A stretch of DNA of 64,000 nt from Lepidodermella squamata (Eukaryota; Animalia; Gastrotricha). Position 1 is the first letter of the stretch, and every line of letters begins with the position of its first letter. The position numbers and the translations under genes are program-made. The DNA is taken from NCBI GenBank assembly GCA_047495785.1, contig JBLDXI010000021.1, positions 1,550,001 through 1,614,000 of the forward strand. Direction: 5' to 3'. This document shows, one piece after another, positions 1 through 13,215 of the stretch. Under the pieces are notes generated by a model. The model was given only the letters and a program-made list of their open reading frames with translations. It ran no database searches and was not told where the DNA came from.

Positions 1-2291
1 ACAACCCGCGCTGAGGGTCAACTCGCAAAAATGCAGCGACATCGGCGAAATTAGGCAGAGTTGCGGAAAGACCAACGAGACGAACCTCTTCCTGGGTCGT
101 CTCCATGTTTCTAATCGTTCGCGCTATAAGTGACTCCAAAACAGGACCTCGGTCGTCGTGGAGTAAGTGAATTTCGTCGACAATCATCAAACGAACAAGC
201 TGAGTATATGCTCGTTCACCGGCTTTTCGTGTGACTATGTCCCACTTCTCTGGGGTGCACACAATGACTTGAGTCTCTTCGATCTGCTCCTTGCTCAGCT
301 GATGGTCACCGGTCAACTCAGCCACCTTAAGACCATAGGCTTGTAGCCTTTTCGAGAAGTTCAGCGTCATTTCAGCGACAAGTGATCGCATTGGAGCGAC
401 GTAAATTATTTTGAACTCATCAGCTCGAATTTGACCGTCAGGGTTGACGTGCTTACCGATTTCGCGCATCATTGTCAATAAGGCGACGTTGGTTTTACCC
501 GAACCTGTTGGAGCGCAGACTAACATGTGCTCATCACTTTCAAGAGCGCACTTCGAAACTCTGCTCTGAATGCGATTCAAATGTTTGTAACCGGCAAAAA
601 CGGGTTGTGCATATTTAGGGAGATCATCGATCGCTACCAACTTCTCATTTTCGTCGAGCGGTTTCGGTTTCAAAGCAGGTATGTGAACTTCTTCATACCC
701 CTTTTTCTGTTTGCGGAATGACTTGTCAGGCAGGTTCACCTGTTTATTCACCATCAAATGGCTGCCTTGTGTAAACGTCATATCCTCCAGGTCGAGAACT
801 TCGGCGTCCCTCAGCATTGTATCCTCTGTTCCTGTAGCAGCCGGTAAGTCGTCCGTTTGCATAGAGCCCAACTCGGCTTCCACGCGATTTCGACGGCCTG
901 CTTCTCGGCGCTCGCGCTCTTCTTTTACGATATCCTGTTGATCAGTCGAGCGAAGAGCGTTGAGAATTTTCAACAGCTTGCTGTCCTTTCGCATTTTGTC
1001 TTCGATAGATTTTCGCTCAGATTCGGTTTGGGCAGATGCCAACAAAGTGCAATACAAAACTTTAAAACAAAGAGTTTTAAAAAAAAAACTTCTTTGGGTG
1101 TAACAAAAACGTACTCATGTCGCGATGTTTCCGAATTACTTTGATGAAATCGAATACGTTGAATCCCAATAACAGGACAAGTTGATTTTCCATTTCGCGA
1201 TCATCGGCGTAATTCTAATGAAACGATGCGTTTTAAATGTAGCAATTACTACAACAAAGACTTACCTTCAAAATCTCCAGCACTTCAGCTGTTTTCTTCT
1301 GTGAATCAAGCTCGTTAGTATAGACCTTCTTCAGCTCTCTTTGAAGCCAGAAAGCGTCGATGTCACGAGGGTGAAGACCTTTGTCTTTAGTGCCAGAGCT
1401 ACCCCCATCATCTAATTGAGCTTTTAATACAGTCATCTCTTGCGCCTCAGCGCCTTCGTCTTCCTCGTCATCTTCGCGGATTTCATTAGCGTATCCACCC
1501 TCCTCCTCGGATTCGGAGGACTCTTCGAATTGAACGTTAACGCCATAATCGGCATCCAAATCGGCTTCGGCTTCTCCATCACCGGTTTTTCGTTTTTCCC
1601 CACCGGTATTCCAATCACTTATTTTCTTCGCCAAGTTGACAAGTAAAGCGTATCGTTCGTCAGGAAGTTGTCCAAGAAGTTCTTCGACGTCCCGGCGTCG
1701 CTCTTTGTCGCGAATTTTATCGTTTTTCAAGGTGAGCAGCACTTCATCAGCAGCACCGCACAAAACGTCGCGGGGCTAAACAGAAAGTATTTACTATTTA
1801 CAAATTAAAACTTGAAAGTCTCACCTGATCGCCGATAGACGCTTGCAGAAAACTGAGTAATACCTCATACGTCTGCTTAGTTTCAGGCGTCTTCGGTTTA
1901 TACAAGATGCCGGGCATGTCTTCGGCGTCATCAAGAACTGATACAATTTTCCCTTTTTTAGCTTTGACCATCATTTCTGAAGATTCATAATCCGCTTCGT
2001 TTCTCTTTGAACTCTTTTTCTTTTTGGCCGCTTCGGCTTCAGAGACTGGTGGCTTCGAACGGGCGAATCGATCACCCATAGCAGCGCCACCCAAATGTCC
2101 AACGAGAGACTGAACCTCTCCTGTTGCCTCATTTTTGCCGACTCGATCGACGAGATTTCTGTCGACTTGAAGAACAAGGTTCGCATTCTAAAACAACCAA
2201 AAAATAATTTAAATACATGTCATGACACGGGATATAAGGTATTTACCGCCCGATATTCGTATTGACCTTGACGGGCGAACTGATCAGCCAT
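1..2291 (-). CDS. SNRNP200: U5 snRNP 200 kDa helicase (Brr2), 5' portion, multi-exon; runs off the left edge
   Basis: ATG at 2291 gives [15 protein letters not shown] | NANLVLQVD (intron 2188-2246). Later exons give [41 protein letters not shown] (motif I) and [16 protein letters not shown] (motif II) near the left edge. Confidence 0.97.
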
Positions 2292-2413
2292 TCACACTAC
2301 AATGTCGGCTTCAATTTCTATATATGAAAGATAAAACCAATCAAAAATTAATGGCAGCTGTCGATAATGTCACATAAACACTCCGAAGAATGTTGTAACA
2401 AATCAAGAAAATA

Positions 2414-2867
2414 CCGTATTTTACGAATTATTAGGCAGGACCCAAATATAGGGCAGAACCTGAATAAAGGGCAGAGGGTAATGGTCATTTGAAATAATAT
2501 AGGGCAGAACCGTATTATTAGGCAGGGCCTTATATGAAGTGGCTTATATGAGCGCCTGCTGGGTGCTGGGTAAGTGGTTAAAGTTGGATAGGTTGCGATT
2601 TTTCATCGGTAAGTGGAATAATCGTCCTTTATCCACCTTAATCCACTTGAGCAAACACTTCACGCGTGTAGTCACAGGTGGAAGGCAGTAGCTATAGTGG
2701 TTATTCGGCGGTTTTCAACGTTGATCTAGGTACTCTTCGGGTGACTGATTAGGTTCGAAAAATTAAAGGGCAGAACCGAAATAAAGGGCAGACCCTAAAT
2801 ACAGGGCAGGACTTGAACCTCGTTTGAAAAAAATACAGGGCAGGGTCTTATAATTCGTAAAATACGG
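2414..2867. mobile_element. Non-autonomous Tc1/mariner-superfamily (Tc2/pogo-like) MITE, ~454 bp
   Basis: Perfect 18-bp TIRs CCGTATTTTACGAATTAT / ATAATTCGTAAAATACGG, TA on both flanks (2412-2413, 2868-2869), several subterminal (A/T)AGGGCAGA-type repeats, no ORF. Confidence 0.85.
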
Positions 2868-3104
2868 TAGCTCATTACGAGCCTCATTAACAAGGGCTAC
2901 TTGTAGGCAACGAAGCCATGACTTGAATCCATTCGCTACGAACCCGAAAGAGAGCCCAATGCAAGATGATCATTATCAATTGTGAAATAAATCTGACTCG
3001 AATGACCTGAGATAAAAGAGGTATTCAAATGTTAGCAAAGCGCAAAGTGTTCTCGGTTCTCCAGCTGCGACTATTTATCCATTATCCAATTGAATTTTCT
3101 TCAG

Positions 3105-3720
3105 GGATAGCCTACAAGGCTTGCAGTTTTGAAGAGTTAAGAGTTAAGGGTGAGAATATGTACATCTAATCACCAGATGGCGATACTCTCTCGCTAATTC
3201 CTGTTACGTTGACATTTCGCTCAGAAGGCTTAACGCACAGCGAACATCGAAATATACATGTCCCAGCATCAAATGTCATAATCGATCGAACGTTGCACCC
3301 TGTTGCCCTGCTGACCACAGAAGCTGGCGCCGACCCATAGTAGGTAGCTGAGAAGCATCGTAGCATCCCACCTTTCGCCACTGGGACTTGCACATGCGTA
3401 CGTCCGCGTTCGGAAAGTGGACTCTCTTTTTGGGCAGCCAGCAACCTACCATTTGAAATTTTAGCATCCCAAATATTTCTCCCGTTCGTAGAATATGCAC
3501 GAAAAAATATTAGGAAATTTGTTGACAACAATTTATTTTCAAGGACATCTAGCCCTCGTTTGGCGGGCAGACCTATTTTGAATTTTTTTGGTGGTGAGAA
3601 AATCAAGAACAAAGGGGGCCAAGAACGAAAACTGGCAGTTCTGTTAGGAGCAGAAATGATCACATAGCTGATAAAGCTGATGCACAATGTAGTACCTAGG
3701 CATCTTTTGCGTTATTATAG
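3105..3720 (+). pseudogene. Possible decayed protein-kinase-like coding relic
   Basis: One + frame stays open for ~200 codons with only 4 stops. It reads FEELRVKGENMYI*, EGLTHSEHRNIHVPASNVIID, GTCTCVRP, FWAASNLPFE and LIKLMHNVVP, in the order of kinase subdomains IV-XI, but without intact HRD/DFG/APE. Confidence 0.3.
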
Positions 3721-3928
3721 TAATGATTCTTCCACTATTTACTGTATCAAGCTGCCGAAATCATCTCATATGGATGATGGCGGATGGCGATGACTTCATT
3801 CAGCGGATTCCATTCTCGAAGTATGTGAAAGTCTCGGATCTCATATCGATGATCGATTTTTAGTTTTCTTCATTTTCTAAAAGTTGATTTTCTGTTTCTT
3901 TTAGAGTATTAACGAATTATTCGAAGCG

Positions 3929-5440
3929 ATGACTGATACTGCGCAAAATTCTGAAGCTTTGCTGCAAAGCATTATCAGGGGCACAGCTCAGAAATCTTTG
4001 GTTTCATTCTCGCAGCGTTTGCTTTTTGGTGCTATATTGGTCGGATTGGCGAAGTTCTCAGTACAATTGGCGATGTTATTAGGATTGCGTCTCATTGTTG
4101 GATTAATCATGACTCTACCTGACGTCATTAGCTGGTACACAATATTAACGCTGGCTGCATTCAGTGTTTTGAGCTCAATAGCTTCCCTTGGGATATTGCA
4201 GACGGCACCTGCTTGTCACTGCGTCATGGGTAGCGAGACATATGGAATTTACGTGCGTAAGAATCTGCATCGCATGTTGTCCTGTTTCGTTTGGATTATT
4301 ACTTGTTATATGTTATTATCCACTATCATCGGCGCGTTTGGTTTTGACGATGCACAGCAGTCATATGGGATTTCGCTAATCGTCCCTTTTCCGTTCATTT
4401 GGTTTGCTGCGGCTCATTCACTGGGAGCTTATTATTGCAAAGAAATTGCCGTTCAGTGTTACGAAGTTTATTCGGAACGTTAGCCATCATCCCTTGTCAG
4501 TACTCTGTTACGCTGTTTGTTAGTTTTGCACAGAGTTGCCCATTTGACCATTGTTCGCACCATTGTTTTGCAAATTGGCTTTGCCTTGTTGTTCTCGAGT
4601 TGCAAATTTTCTTGCGTTTTTGGATATACGTTGCTACTATTGCCCTTCACCATCGTGTTATCCTCAAGCTCAGTCATTTCACCTTGCATTGCCCTCGAAT
4701 ACTCCCTTCGCAAATCTCAAAATGCTGGTGTTCACGCTTTGTTGACACCTATCTGCTTACAAAAGTATCCCGTCGTATGGGCAACTGCATGTCACAGACT
4801 AATGGCGTCACTTTCATCGCCGCAATCTTACTTGCCTTTTTTGCTGCCGAATGGCGATTTTAACGACGCAGTATCTTCGCTGACTGATAGCCTTGCCTAC
4901 TTGAATCAGCTGCAACAAAGAGCTGTTATTCACGACGGTTGTCGCGATTGTGTTCATGCTTGGCTCGGCGGTGTCGCTTCGTTTACGCTCTCAGCCGTTC
5001 TCTCTACTTCTAGCAAATCTGATTCAGTGGGTGGATTGGTTCGTTTCAAATTATCCGCAGCTATTTCCGCAATCAACGAACATCACAACTTGTCGGCCAC
5101 TCAGGATAGCAAATTTAACATGCCTGGACAAAAGAATTTTGCCACTGGCTTCACCAAGGCACTTCCTCGCTCAGCTGGTTCCATTTTGTACGCTGCTCAT
5201 GGCTTTTCGAAGCTCTTATTTAGCTCAATTCAACGGCTGACAGTCTCGCCTACTGGAATGGGGCAGGTGTGGTGCCGCTCGGCAACATCAGCTGGGTTTC
5301 TCGTGGACAAGGCTGTGGTCAACTGCCATGCTGCTTTTCCTTGGTGGGAGTCCAAGACTGGCGATTCGCCCACCCGCAATACTAATGGATCTGGTCATTT
5401 TGGCACTCCAAGCGCTTCATTCTACACGAAGTCCCGGTAA
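3929..5440 (+). CDS. NDC1: Divergent NDC1-like transmembrane nucleoporin (in-frame TAG at 4481, or a 45-nt intron 4479-4523)
   Basis: Multi-pass hydrophobic N-terminal half. C-terminal segments LSAVLSTSSKSDSVGGLVRFKLSAAISAI and LLFSSIQRLT resemble the NDC1 motifs [22 protein letters not shown] and LKTAIYRIT. ORFs 3929-4483 and 4517-5440 are in the same frame. Confidence 0.55.
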
Positions 5441-5589
5441 AAAAAACAGAACTTGTTCTTTCATCCAATTGTTATGTGAACCGCTCAAACATTACGAACT
5501 GCAAACTCAAGCGACGATGTTTTATCTGTAGGATCAACGTTTCAGATCTAAGATTTTGTGTCTTCTGTTTTAGGTTTTTTTAGCTAAGA

Positions 5590-7083
5590 ATGAGTGGTAA
5601 ATGTGCCAACGCCGTCGCGGCTTTGCGGAATACTTTCAGTTCGGGACGCACGAAAAATTTGAACTGGAGGAAGACCCAATTATCCGCTTTGATTACAGCT
5701 TTGGAAAATAATCGCCAGAGAGCATGCGACGCAATGGCTGCCGATCTGAGCAAGCCTAAATTTGAAGCGATGGTCACCGAAGTGGAATATTTGCTGTCCG
5801 AAGCTAAAGACGCCCTTGCTAATATCGACCGCTGGGCTAAGCCAAAAAAGGCCGAAAAAAATTTCATGACATTGATGAATGAACTCTACATTGAACCTGA
5901 GCCATTCGGAGTCGTCCTCGTGATCGGAGCGTGGAACTACCCGTTTATGTTGTCCCTCGGACCTATGATTGCCGCGATCGCCGCTGGAAATTGCGTCGTT
6001 ATTAAACCCAGTGAATTATCACCAAGTTCAGCCAGCTGTATGGAGCAGATTATCCGCGAATCGTTGGATGAAGATGCTATTCGCGTAATTAATGGCGACG
6101 CAGCAGTTGCTAAGGAACTGCTTGATTGCCGTTTCGATCACATTTTTTACACTGGCGGCACTCGAGTGGGTCGCATCATCATGGAAGCTGCTGCCAAAAA
6201 CCTAACTCCGGTTACGCTTGAACTCGGTGGTAAATGTCCGGTTTTTGTCGACTCTGAGTTGGATTACGAAATCGTCGGAAATCGCATTGCCTGGGCCAAA
6301 TTTGTCAATTGCGGTCAAACGTGCTTGGCCCCTGATTATATCATCACAACGCGTGACGTGCAGCCCAAGCTCATTTCCTCGATGAAGCGCGCATTGTTGG
6401 ATTTGTATGGCGACAATATTGAACGGAACAAGGATTACCCACGCATTGTTAACGACGGGCACTTCAAACGCCTTCACGCTTTGCTGCGCTCTTGCGAGCC
6501 GAAATTGGTCGTTGGTGGCAAATTCGACGCGTCAACGCGCTTCATTGAACCGACAATTGTCGCCGACGTCACTCCAGGTGACGAAATAATGAAGGACGAA
6601 ATTTTCGGCCCGATCCTGCCGATCGTCACCGTCGAAAATTTTGACGAGGCGATTCGCTTCATCAACAGGGGTGAAAAGCCGCTGGCGCTTTATATGTTCA
6701 CGAAAAACAAGGAACGGATTGATCTGTTCAAACGATCAACCAGCTCGGGTGCTTTTGCGGTTAACGATTGCTTAATGCAGGCGTCGGTGTTATCGTTGCC
6801 ATTCGGCGGGGTCGGCAACAGTGGGATGGGTTCATACCATGGAAAGTTTGGGTTCGACACCTTCTCCCACCAAAAACCAGTATATATCGCCCCATTGGCC
6901 CAGGAGGCGTTGAATAACGTGCGTTACGCGCCATATTCTGAGGAGAAACTGCGCCTTATCACGTGGATGAATAAAACTGAATCGGGCCTGTCTTGGCTCG
7001 GAATATTGGTCTACCCATACATGTTTGTCATGTTCTTGATTCGACTGGCCACGCTTCCAAGACGTCGTCCTCAAAGCGACTAA
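5590..7083 (+). CDS. ALDH3A2: Class 3 (fatty) aldehyde dehydrogenase, intronless CDS with C-terminal membrane anchor
   Basis: [24 protein letters not shown], catalytic Cys in [33 protein letters not shown]; hydrophobic tail [16 protein letters not shown]. Confidence 0.93.
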   Translation: MSGKCANAVAALRNTFSSGRTKNLNWRKTQLSALITALENNRQRACDAMAADLSKPKFEAMVTEVEYLLSEAKDALANIDRWAKPKKAEKNFMTLMNELYIEPEPFGVVLVIGAWNYPFMLSLGPMIAAIAAGNCVVIKPSELSPSSASCMEQIIRESLDEDAIRVINGDAAVAKELLDCRFDHIFYTGGTRVGRIIMEAAAKNLTPVTLELGGKCPVFVDSELDYEIVGNRIAWAKFVNCGQTCLAPDYIITTRDVQPKLISSMKRALLDLYGDNIERNKDYPRIVNDGHFKRLHALLRSCEPKLVVGGKFDASTRFIEPTIVADVTPGDEIMKDEIFGPILPIVTVENFDEAIRFINRGEKPLALYMFTKNKERIDLFKRSTSSGAFAVNDCLMQASVLSLPFGGVGNSGMGSYHGKFGFDTFSHQKPVYIAPLAQEALNNVRYAPYSEEKLRLITWMNKTESGLSWLGILVYPYMFVMFLIRLATLPRRRPQSD

Positions 7084-7404
7084 AATACCCATTTCAAGAA
7101 CCTTTAAGGCTAAGAGATAACTTTCAATTAATTGAAAAAAATGATTATAAAGTATTTAAAGACTTGAATGCGTTTATTTTTTTAGCGCTTCATGATCTAT
7201 TCAATTACCCGATGATCACTTTATCAGACGAAATGAGAAAAATCAGGTCACGTATATTTCTATACACAATGGAAGAATGTGCTTGTTTCTTAGAATTCTG
7301 CAATCGAAAGTTATGCTTACGTTCCATCATTCTACTATTTCGCTAAATTAAGCTGTAAATTTTACTTGTATTGCTATTTTTTAGAGCGTTAACATGATGG
7401 CTTT

Positions 7405-8102
7405 ATGGATGAGCTAAGTGCTAAACCTCTCAACCAGGCTCATATCAGAGCGCGGAAGGCGGCTGCTGCTCTTGCAAAAGGCGATCGCCGACTTGCAATA
7501 GAGCTTTATCGCGAGGCAAATCGTAAGTCGAGTCTCTAAAATCCGATCAACTCATCGATTTTTTTTAATTAGATAATTTGCGATTGGTTTTAAGCGAGTG
7601 TGAGAATGAAGATGTGATAGCGCGGAGTATTCAACTTCAAATAGATGAAAATGACTGGAAAATTCGCTCCCTTCAGTTGAAAGACCTTGCCGAGTTTAAG
7701 AAAGCACTAGGTGCCACTGAATCTGAAGAAGTAACCCCAGGCCGTACGATTCGTTTCGCTGTTGAAGATGAAGAAGATGATGGTGTAGTTTTAATTAGCC
7801 TAAGCAACGACCACCTTAATTTTTTCACCGATTCCCTGTGCCCGAACGCGACGATCATCCGACAGCAGAATCGCTTCTCGGACTTACCTTTCAGTAGCAC
7901 AAGTAATCTCAGGCCGACAGCGAATCTCCGGCAAGTCTCCAGCAGCAGCAGCAATAGTGGCAGGTTGCACCGGAGCCCGTCTTTACCGGAAAACGCGCAT
8001 ACTTTCGGGCGACGGCTTCCTAAATCCCCGGAGCAGATTGAAGAAGAAAAGCTGATGCTGAGAATGCATCATGAAATTTGGTCACGTCAGAACCTTCTCT
8101 GA
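7405..8102 (+). CDS. NRBF2: NRBF2-like (MIT domain) protein, copy A; exons 7405-7522 and 7573-8102
   Basis: MDELSAKPLNQAHIRARKAAAALAKGDRRLAIELYREAN...SIQLQ matches the NRBF2 MIT N-terminus (PLNLAH..R+A..L..G....AI...SLELQ). C-terminal GRRLPKSPEQIEEE resembles GSKAPKDDKTIIEE. Confidence 0.75.
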
Positions 8103-8500
8103 TCTATAGTCTTCAACAAACGTCATCTCAATTATTAATATATAATTATGAATGTCGTACTTTTTTGCTGTTTGTCTTATTTTTTATTCGTACCAAGTCA
8201 TCATCTGTTGCTACGTAGCGAGGCGGAGGAACGAAAACAATGATCGTTACTTATTGTTACAACTGCCGCCATTTCTTTCAGTGCGTGTTGCCCAGTTCTC
8301 CTTTTCTCTTCTTCTGCAAATGTCCATGATGTCTAATACATATCTGATGACTCGAGTAGCTAAAACTTGTTTTGCTTTTTTTTACGAGCGTTTTTTATGT
8401 TTTTATACGGTAAAGATAACAATAATATATGTTCAAATTGAGAACTAAACGCCTTTTATCATTCTCAATTGTTAGAAAATTTTTGAATATTTTTTGGTAC

Positions 8501-9127
8501 ATGGATGGTCTGAATTCAAGTCCCATCAATAAAGTAAGTCTATCGAATTTCCTTTTAAAAATACCGTAGATTGACGTTTTTCAGGCCCATTCTTTGGCTC
8601 GGAAAGCAGCGTCCTACGGTGAACGCGGAAATTACATTCAAGCTATTGAGCTGTACAAAGATGCGAATGAGAATTTAACGATTGTTTTCGACCAGTTAGC
8701 CGGAGAGCCCCTGCTTCAAAAATCTCTCGAACTTCAGCTCATTGAAAATGATTGGAAAATTCATGTTTTAACATTGAAGTCGCAAGCGACAGACTGCGAG
8801 TCGACCGAATCGTCGACGATAAGCATGGAAAAAATGAAAGCGGTGGAAAAAGACGACGACGACGTTGTAGTAGTAGATAATTTCAGCCAACTGTTGACTG
8901 GCAGCCAATTTTTGACCGATTCCCTCAATCCAAGCAGAACTTTGATGATGCAAAGGCAACGTTCTGCATCGACGCCGTCGCGAAACCCGCTACGACCGAC
9001 GGCTGATAATAAAAACCAATATCAAGGCAGCGGCAAGAAGTTGCCAAAAACCGAAGCAATTCGCGAGGAAGAAATTTTGGAGATGGTGAAAGTTCACCAG
9101 CAACTTGCCCGCGAATTCTATTCGTAG
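8501..9127 (+). CDS. NRBF2: NRBF2-like (MIT domain) protein, copy B; exons 8501-8533 and 8585-9127
   Basis: MDGLNSSPINK | AHSLARKAASYGERGNYIQAIELYKDANENL...KSLELQLIENDWKI...GKKLPKTEAIREEE; collinear with copy A. Confidence 0.78.
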
Positions 9128-9818
9128 ACTGACTATCCATTTTTATGACATCTAATTTTACTTTTTCGGTGACTTTCTAAAAGGAAACTTTGTTTTAAAA
9201 CACACGTCATGACGTGTCGACTTTTTATACGGACATTCCTGCTGACTAATTGAAGTTTACGTGTAATTTACAAGAAACTGCTGAAAGTGACAAATTATAA
9301 AGATGAAATCTAGTCGCCGTTGATATCTGCTAATATTTAGAATAAAACGGCAGAAAAAACTGCTTCCCCATCCCGTTCAAGCCTTTTTTATATTTCTTTT
9401 ATTATTTCAATTTTTGACTTTCATTGATAACATTGTAACAATATTATGCTGTATGTCAATGTAAAGCTATATTTTGATATGAACTTTTTAAGAAGTAGTT
9501 AAGATAATTAACTTGACCTCTTGCAAAGCCAAGTATAAGATATTTTGCACAACATGTTTACTGTTTGAGAATAAAGAAAAAAGTACAAAACCGTGGTGAC
9601 TTGTTTACAGTTTCTATAGACCAGCGAGAAGCCCGACCAAAAATGCATCGTAATTTAAAGAATAGACGGAAGTTGTCACTTGCCGTCATTGTAAGCCGGA
9701 AACTTCTCGAAGAAAATACAAATATCATTTTTTGAAATCATCTCTCCTAATGAGCACAACAACAGGGAGCGTTCAAACTTCGAAGCTTGGAATTATAAAA
9801 AAAATCAGATTTTTCATC

Positions 9819-11626
9819 TCAGGCCGTAGCAGTTTCTTTCGAGGTGGTTCCCAATCCGTTGGCACCACCCCGATGAATGCGCATGTGACGATTGAGATTA
9901 CCCGATTGGGTGAAACGAAGGTAGCATATCGAGCACATGTAAGGCCGATCGCCATTGTGAGTGCGCCTGTGCTTGGCCAGCGTTGAGCTATCGGAGAAGG
10001 TTTTCGAGCAGGCTTGACATTTGTACGGCCGTTGACCAGTATGCACTCTCAGATGAGTTTTCACCGAACTGCTCTGACTAAATTTTCGCTGGCACATTGG
10101 GCACGCGAATGGTTTATCGCCGTTATGAGTTCGCAAGTGGGCAGAAAGATTAGCTGTTTGGCAAAAGGACTTGTTACATATTCGGCAGTGGTAGGGTCGA
10201 ACGCCTGTTAATAACAATTATTGTTTTTTAATCTTTTCCTTATTAAAACTTGTCCAGTACCTGAATGTATTCTCATGTGCATACGCAGGGTAGATGGACG
10301 TGCGTAGGATTTGGCGCAAACGCAGCAGTTGAACACTTTTTTGTTGCCACTCACGCTCTGCCCATTTATACCGGCATTAGGGCTGTTGAGAGCTTGAAGT
10401 GAAGAAGAAATATTGCTCGGCCTCGACTGTTTCATGTTCTGTTGAAACGGGAGTTTTGCACCGCCAGAAATCTGGTGAACGTTCGGTGCCGACATGGCTT
10501 GCTCGAGGGTTGAGGATTTGTTCGAACCTGAGCTAATAGACCACGTCGATCCGTTGAGATAGCGACTCGCGGCAGGGCTTTGGTTCAAATTACTACAGCT
10601 TCCAATGGGAGATGCGTTTTTCGACAGAGCAGCCGTAGACGGGCTGAGGAGATAATTGCTGCGCGAAGTCGCCAGATTCCCGAGAGCTAGCAGCGAAGGG
10701 GCGCTCAACGACGATTGCAAGGCTCCATTGTACCAAGCTGACATGCTTCCGTTCGCCGACATTGACCCATTTGCCAAATAGGATCCATTAACTTCCTTCC
10801 TCATCCCACTGTACGCATTAGACACTGGAACATTGGCAGTATATCCGATATTTCTGTTTGATGAAAAATGACTGGTTGCCGACAAATCATACGTAACATT
10901 GTTGTCGAATTGGGTAGTAGTACATTGATATGAAGTTGTAGCGATTTGCTGGGCGCTTGCAGCTGAAGCTGCCGCGGCTGCTCTTCTTATTGGCGTCAAA
11001 CTTGCGAAAGTGGGTTCGTGGTCATACTGAAGGTTCGATGAGGTGTTGATAGTAGGAGCGGATGGGTCTTTTGTCGGGGCATACGTTTCAGTTTGAGCCC
11101 AGAACTGTTTGACATTATTGTGCGATGAAATGGCTGGATGGTACGAGTAGTAAGTGTCCGGCACGAATACTACCGGCGCGTAGTTCCAGATCGGTGTTGT
11201 GGTCGAACTGTTACCACAACTGTTAAGTTCAGTGTTTGTAGGGGCTCGCTCGTTCATGTTGGTTCCAGCACTGCCAAGACTGCTCGAAGAACTGTGGCTA
11301 CTTGCCTGTTGCTGCTGAGACGGCTGTTCGTCGGATCCCCACGTTTCAAACGTATCGTAGCCGGGTGCCAATGTGAATTGCATGTTTTGATTATTTTTGT
11401 TTGATGCGATGGCGGCATTCGATTCAAACATGCAGTTTGGTCGGTTGTTTGAGCCGTGCCCAGTCTTGCTGGTCTGGAGCGTCAGCTGACTATTGATAGG
11501 CGAGACTTGCAACATTGGTCTCTGGTGGTGGAGGCTATCAGCAGAACCCGATAAGAGAGGAGAATATGTCTCTACGATCGGCCCAACTTCTTCCTGTGAA
11601 GAGTCAATATTGTGAACTGCAGCCAT
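9819..11626 (-). CDS. gl: Glass-family C2H2 zinc-finger transcription factor (5 fingers); intron 10205-10260
   Basis: Finger helices [37 protein letters not shown] and [14 protein letters not shown] match Drosophila Glass/CHE-1; long S/N/Q-rich N-terminus. Confidence 0.9.
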
Positions 11627-13215
11627 TAGATTAAAAAACGCCTTTTATATGTGGCTAGAAAAATAAGGGCGGACTACCTTCAAGTTGAATTTAAATAACT
11701 ATTAAAAGAAGTTCTAGAGGAGCTTGACCTTTCCAGTCGAAATGTATGAGAATGTGCGAAGGTGGCAAAACTTTGACGGCGATCGCGTCACTGAAAGTAG
11801 TAGTTCATGGGATATTTATTACCGTCAGTAATCAAAAGATCACCGACTCTTACTCATCGGTGTGCATATTGCGATCCAGAAAAGGACAGAACTAATTATT
11901 TTTGCTTTGGCTAAGCCGTTGTGTTAGGCGTGACGCAACGTATCGCAAAGTTCAGATCTGCGCGACGATGGCGGGATGGCAGAGCGTCGATAGATAATTG
12001 ACGAGAAGCCGTACAAGGTGGTTGGCTATAACATCATCCTGCGGAATAGGCATCATCAATCACCCGGCCATTATTTCCTCCGAGGCGCGCGGGAGCGGCT
12101 CAACTCACAGGATAATCTCTCGCTTGCCGCGTGTTTATCTTTTACAATCGTAATAACATTATTATAACTCGAAAATTGTATCGATATCATCAGATCATTA
12201 CTCATCACCGCCGCGTGTTTTAACTGACCCGACGATCAATTATTACAGGTAAAACAAGATCAGCAGCCAAAAACACTCAGCGCCGACTTGTGAAGTTCAG
12301 GTGCCAGCTCTCGAAGCGCGCTTTTAACGCGCTCGCGCACTTGAGGCGACTTTGTGCGCGCACACCCGAGCGCGGCTCCATTTGCGTTCGTTACACGCCG
12401 CGGGCGATACATATTACGAGTATTTGCGATGTCCACGCGATGTGCACGTGAATAACGCGATTTATTGCCGGAAAAAAATAATTAGGTTTTAGGACGCGAT
12501 TAATTTATCTGTCGCAAGCATCATCAGTTCACGTGAAACGCCTTCTCTGCGGTCAGCTAAGCGGCTAAATATAATCAGCCTTAAACCGGATTCCAGTGAT
12601 GCTGAGTTGAAATCAAAGTAAGTCATGGCGATCATACGGTTTCAGCTATAATGAGCTTATGACACCCGGTTGTAGCTATAAAAAATCACGCCTAATATCA
12701 TTATCTTCAATATTTTAATTTTATTCGCGTTTCTGTGTCAATGAGTAGCACGGTTACAACAAAAATAGTCTTACAGGTGCATAGACGTAGATGCTTAAAC
12801 CTGATGTGCGTAAACGGATTTTTTCCCAAAGACATGCCGTAGCCTAAAACCACATATTGACGTCCGCGATAACACGGGGTAGCTAAGAAAAACTAATTTG
12901 CACAAATATACAGACATTATCTGATAAAGCACGATATTGGTTGATCATAAAAATCAGATTGAGAAATGACACAACGCAGATGGCAGCTTGCTACGAGGAC
13001 AATTAACCTTTTCGTCGCCAAGAAATCGACTCACAAATGAGATGGTTTAGGTGTCTCATCGGTACAAAATCATAACAAGAAAGCCGCAATTCAAACATGG
13101 CTAGTTTTATGCTATACACAGTTTTTATTTCTGTTATACATATCACCGAATGCGAAAGAGGAATTTCAATAGATTTCAAAGTTTCGCAGTCATTGCCAGG
13201 GTGCTGTTAATTTCA

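Noticed and set aside
3166-3687. 173-aa minus-strand ORF
   Set aside because: No recognisable motif; best explained as the antisense shadow of the decayed + frame.
3160-4490. Several in-frame TAG/TAA codons suggesting stop-codon reassignment
   Set aside because: Conserved genes here have no internal stops and end normally at TAA, TAG and TGA.
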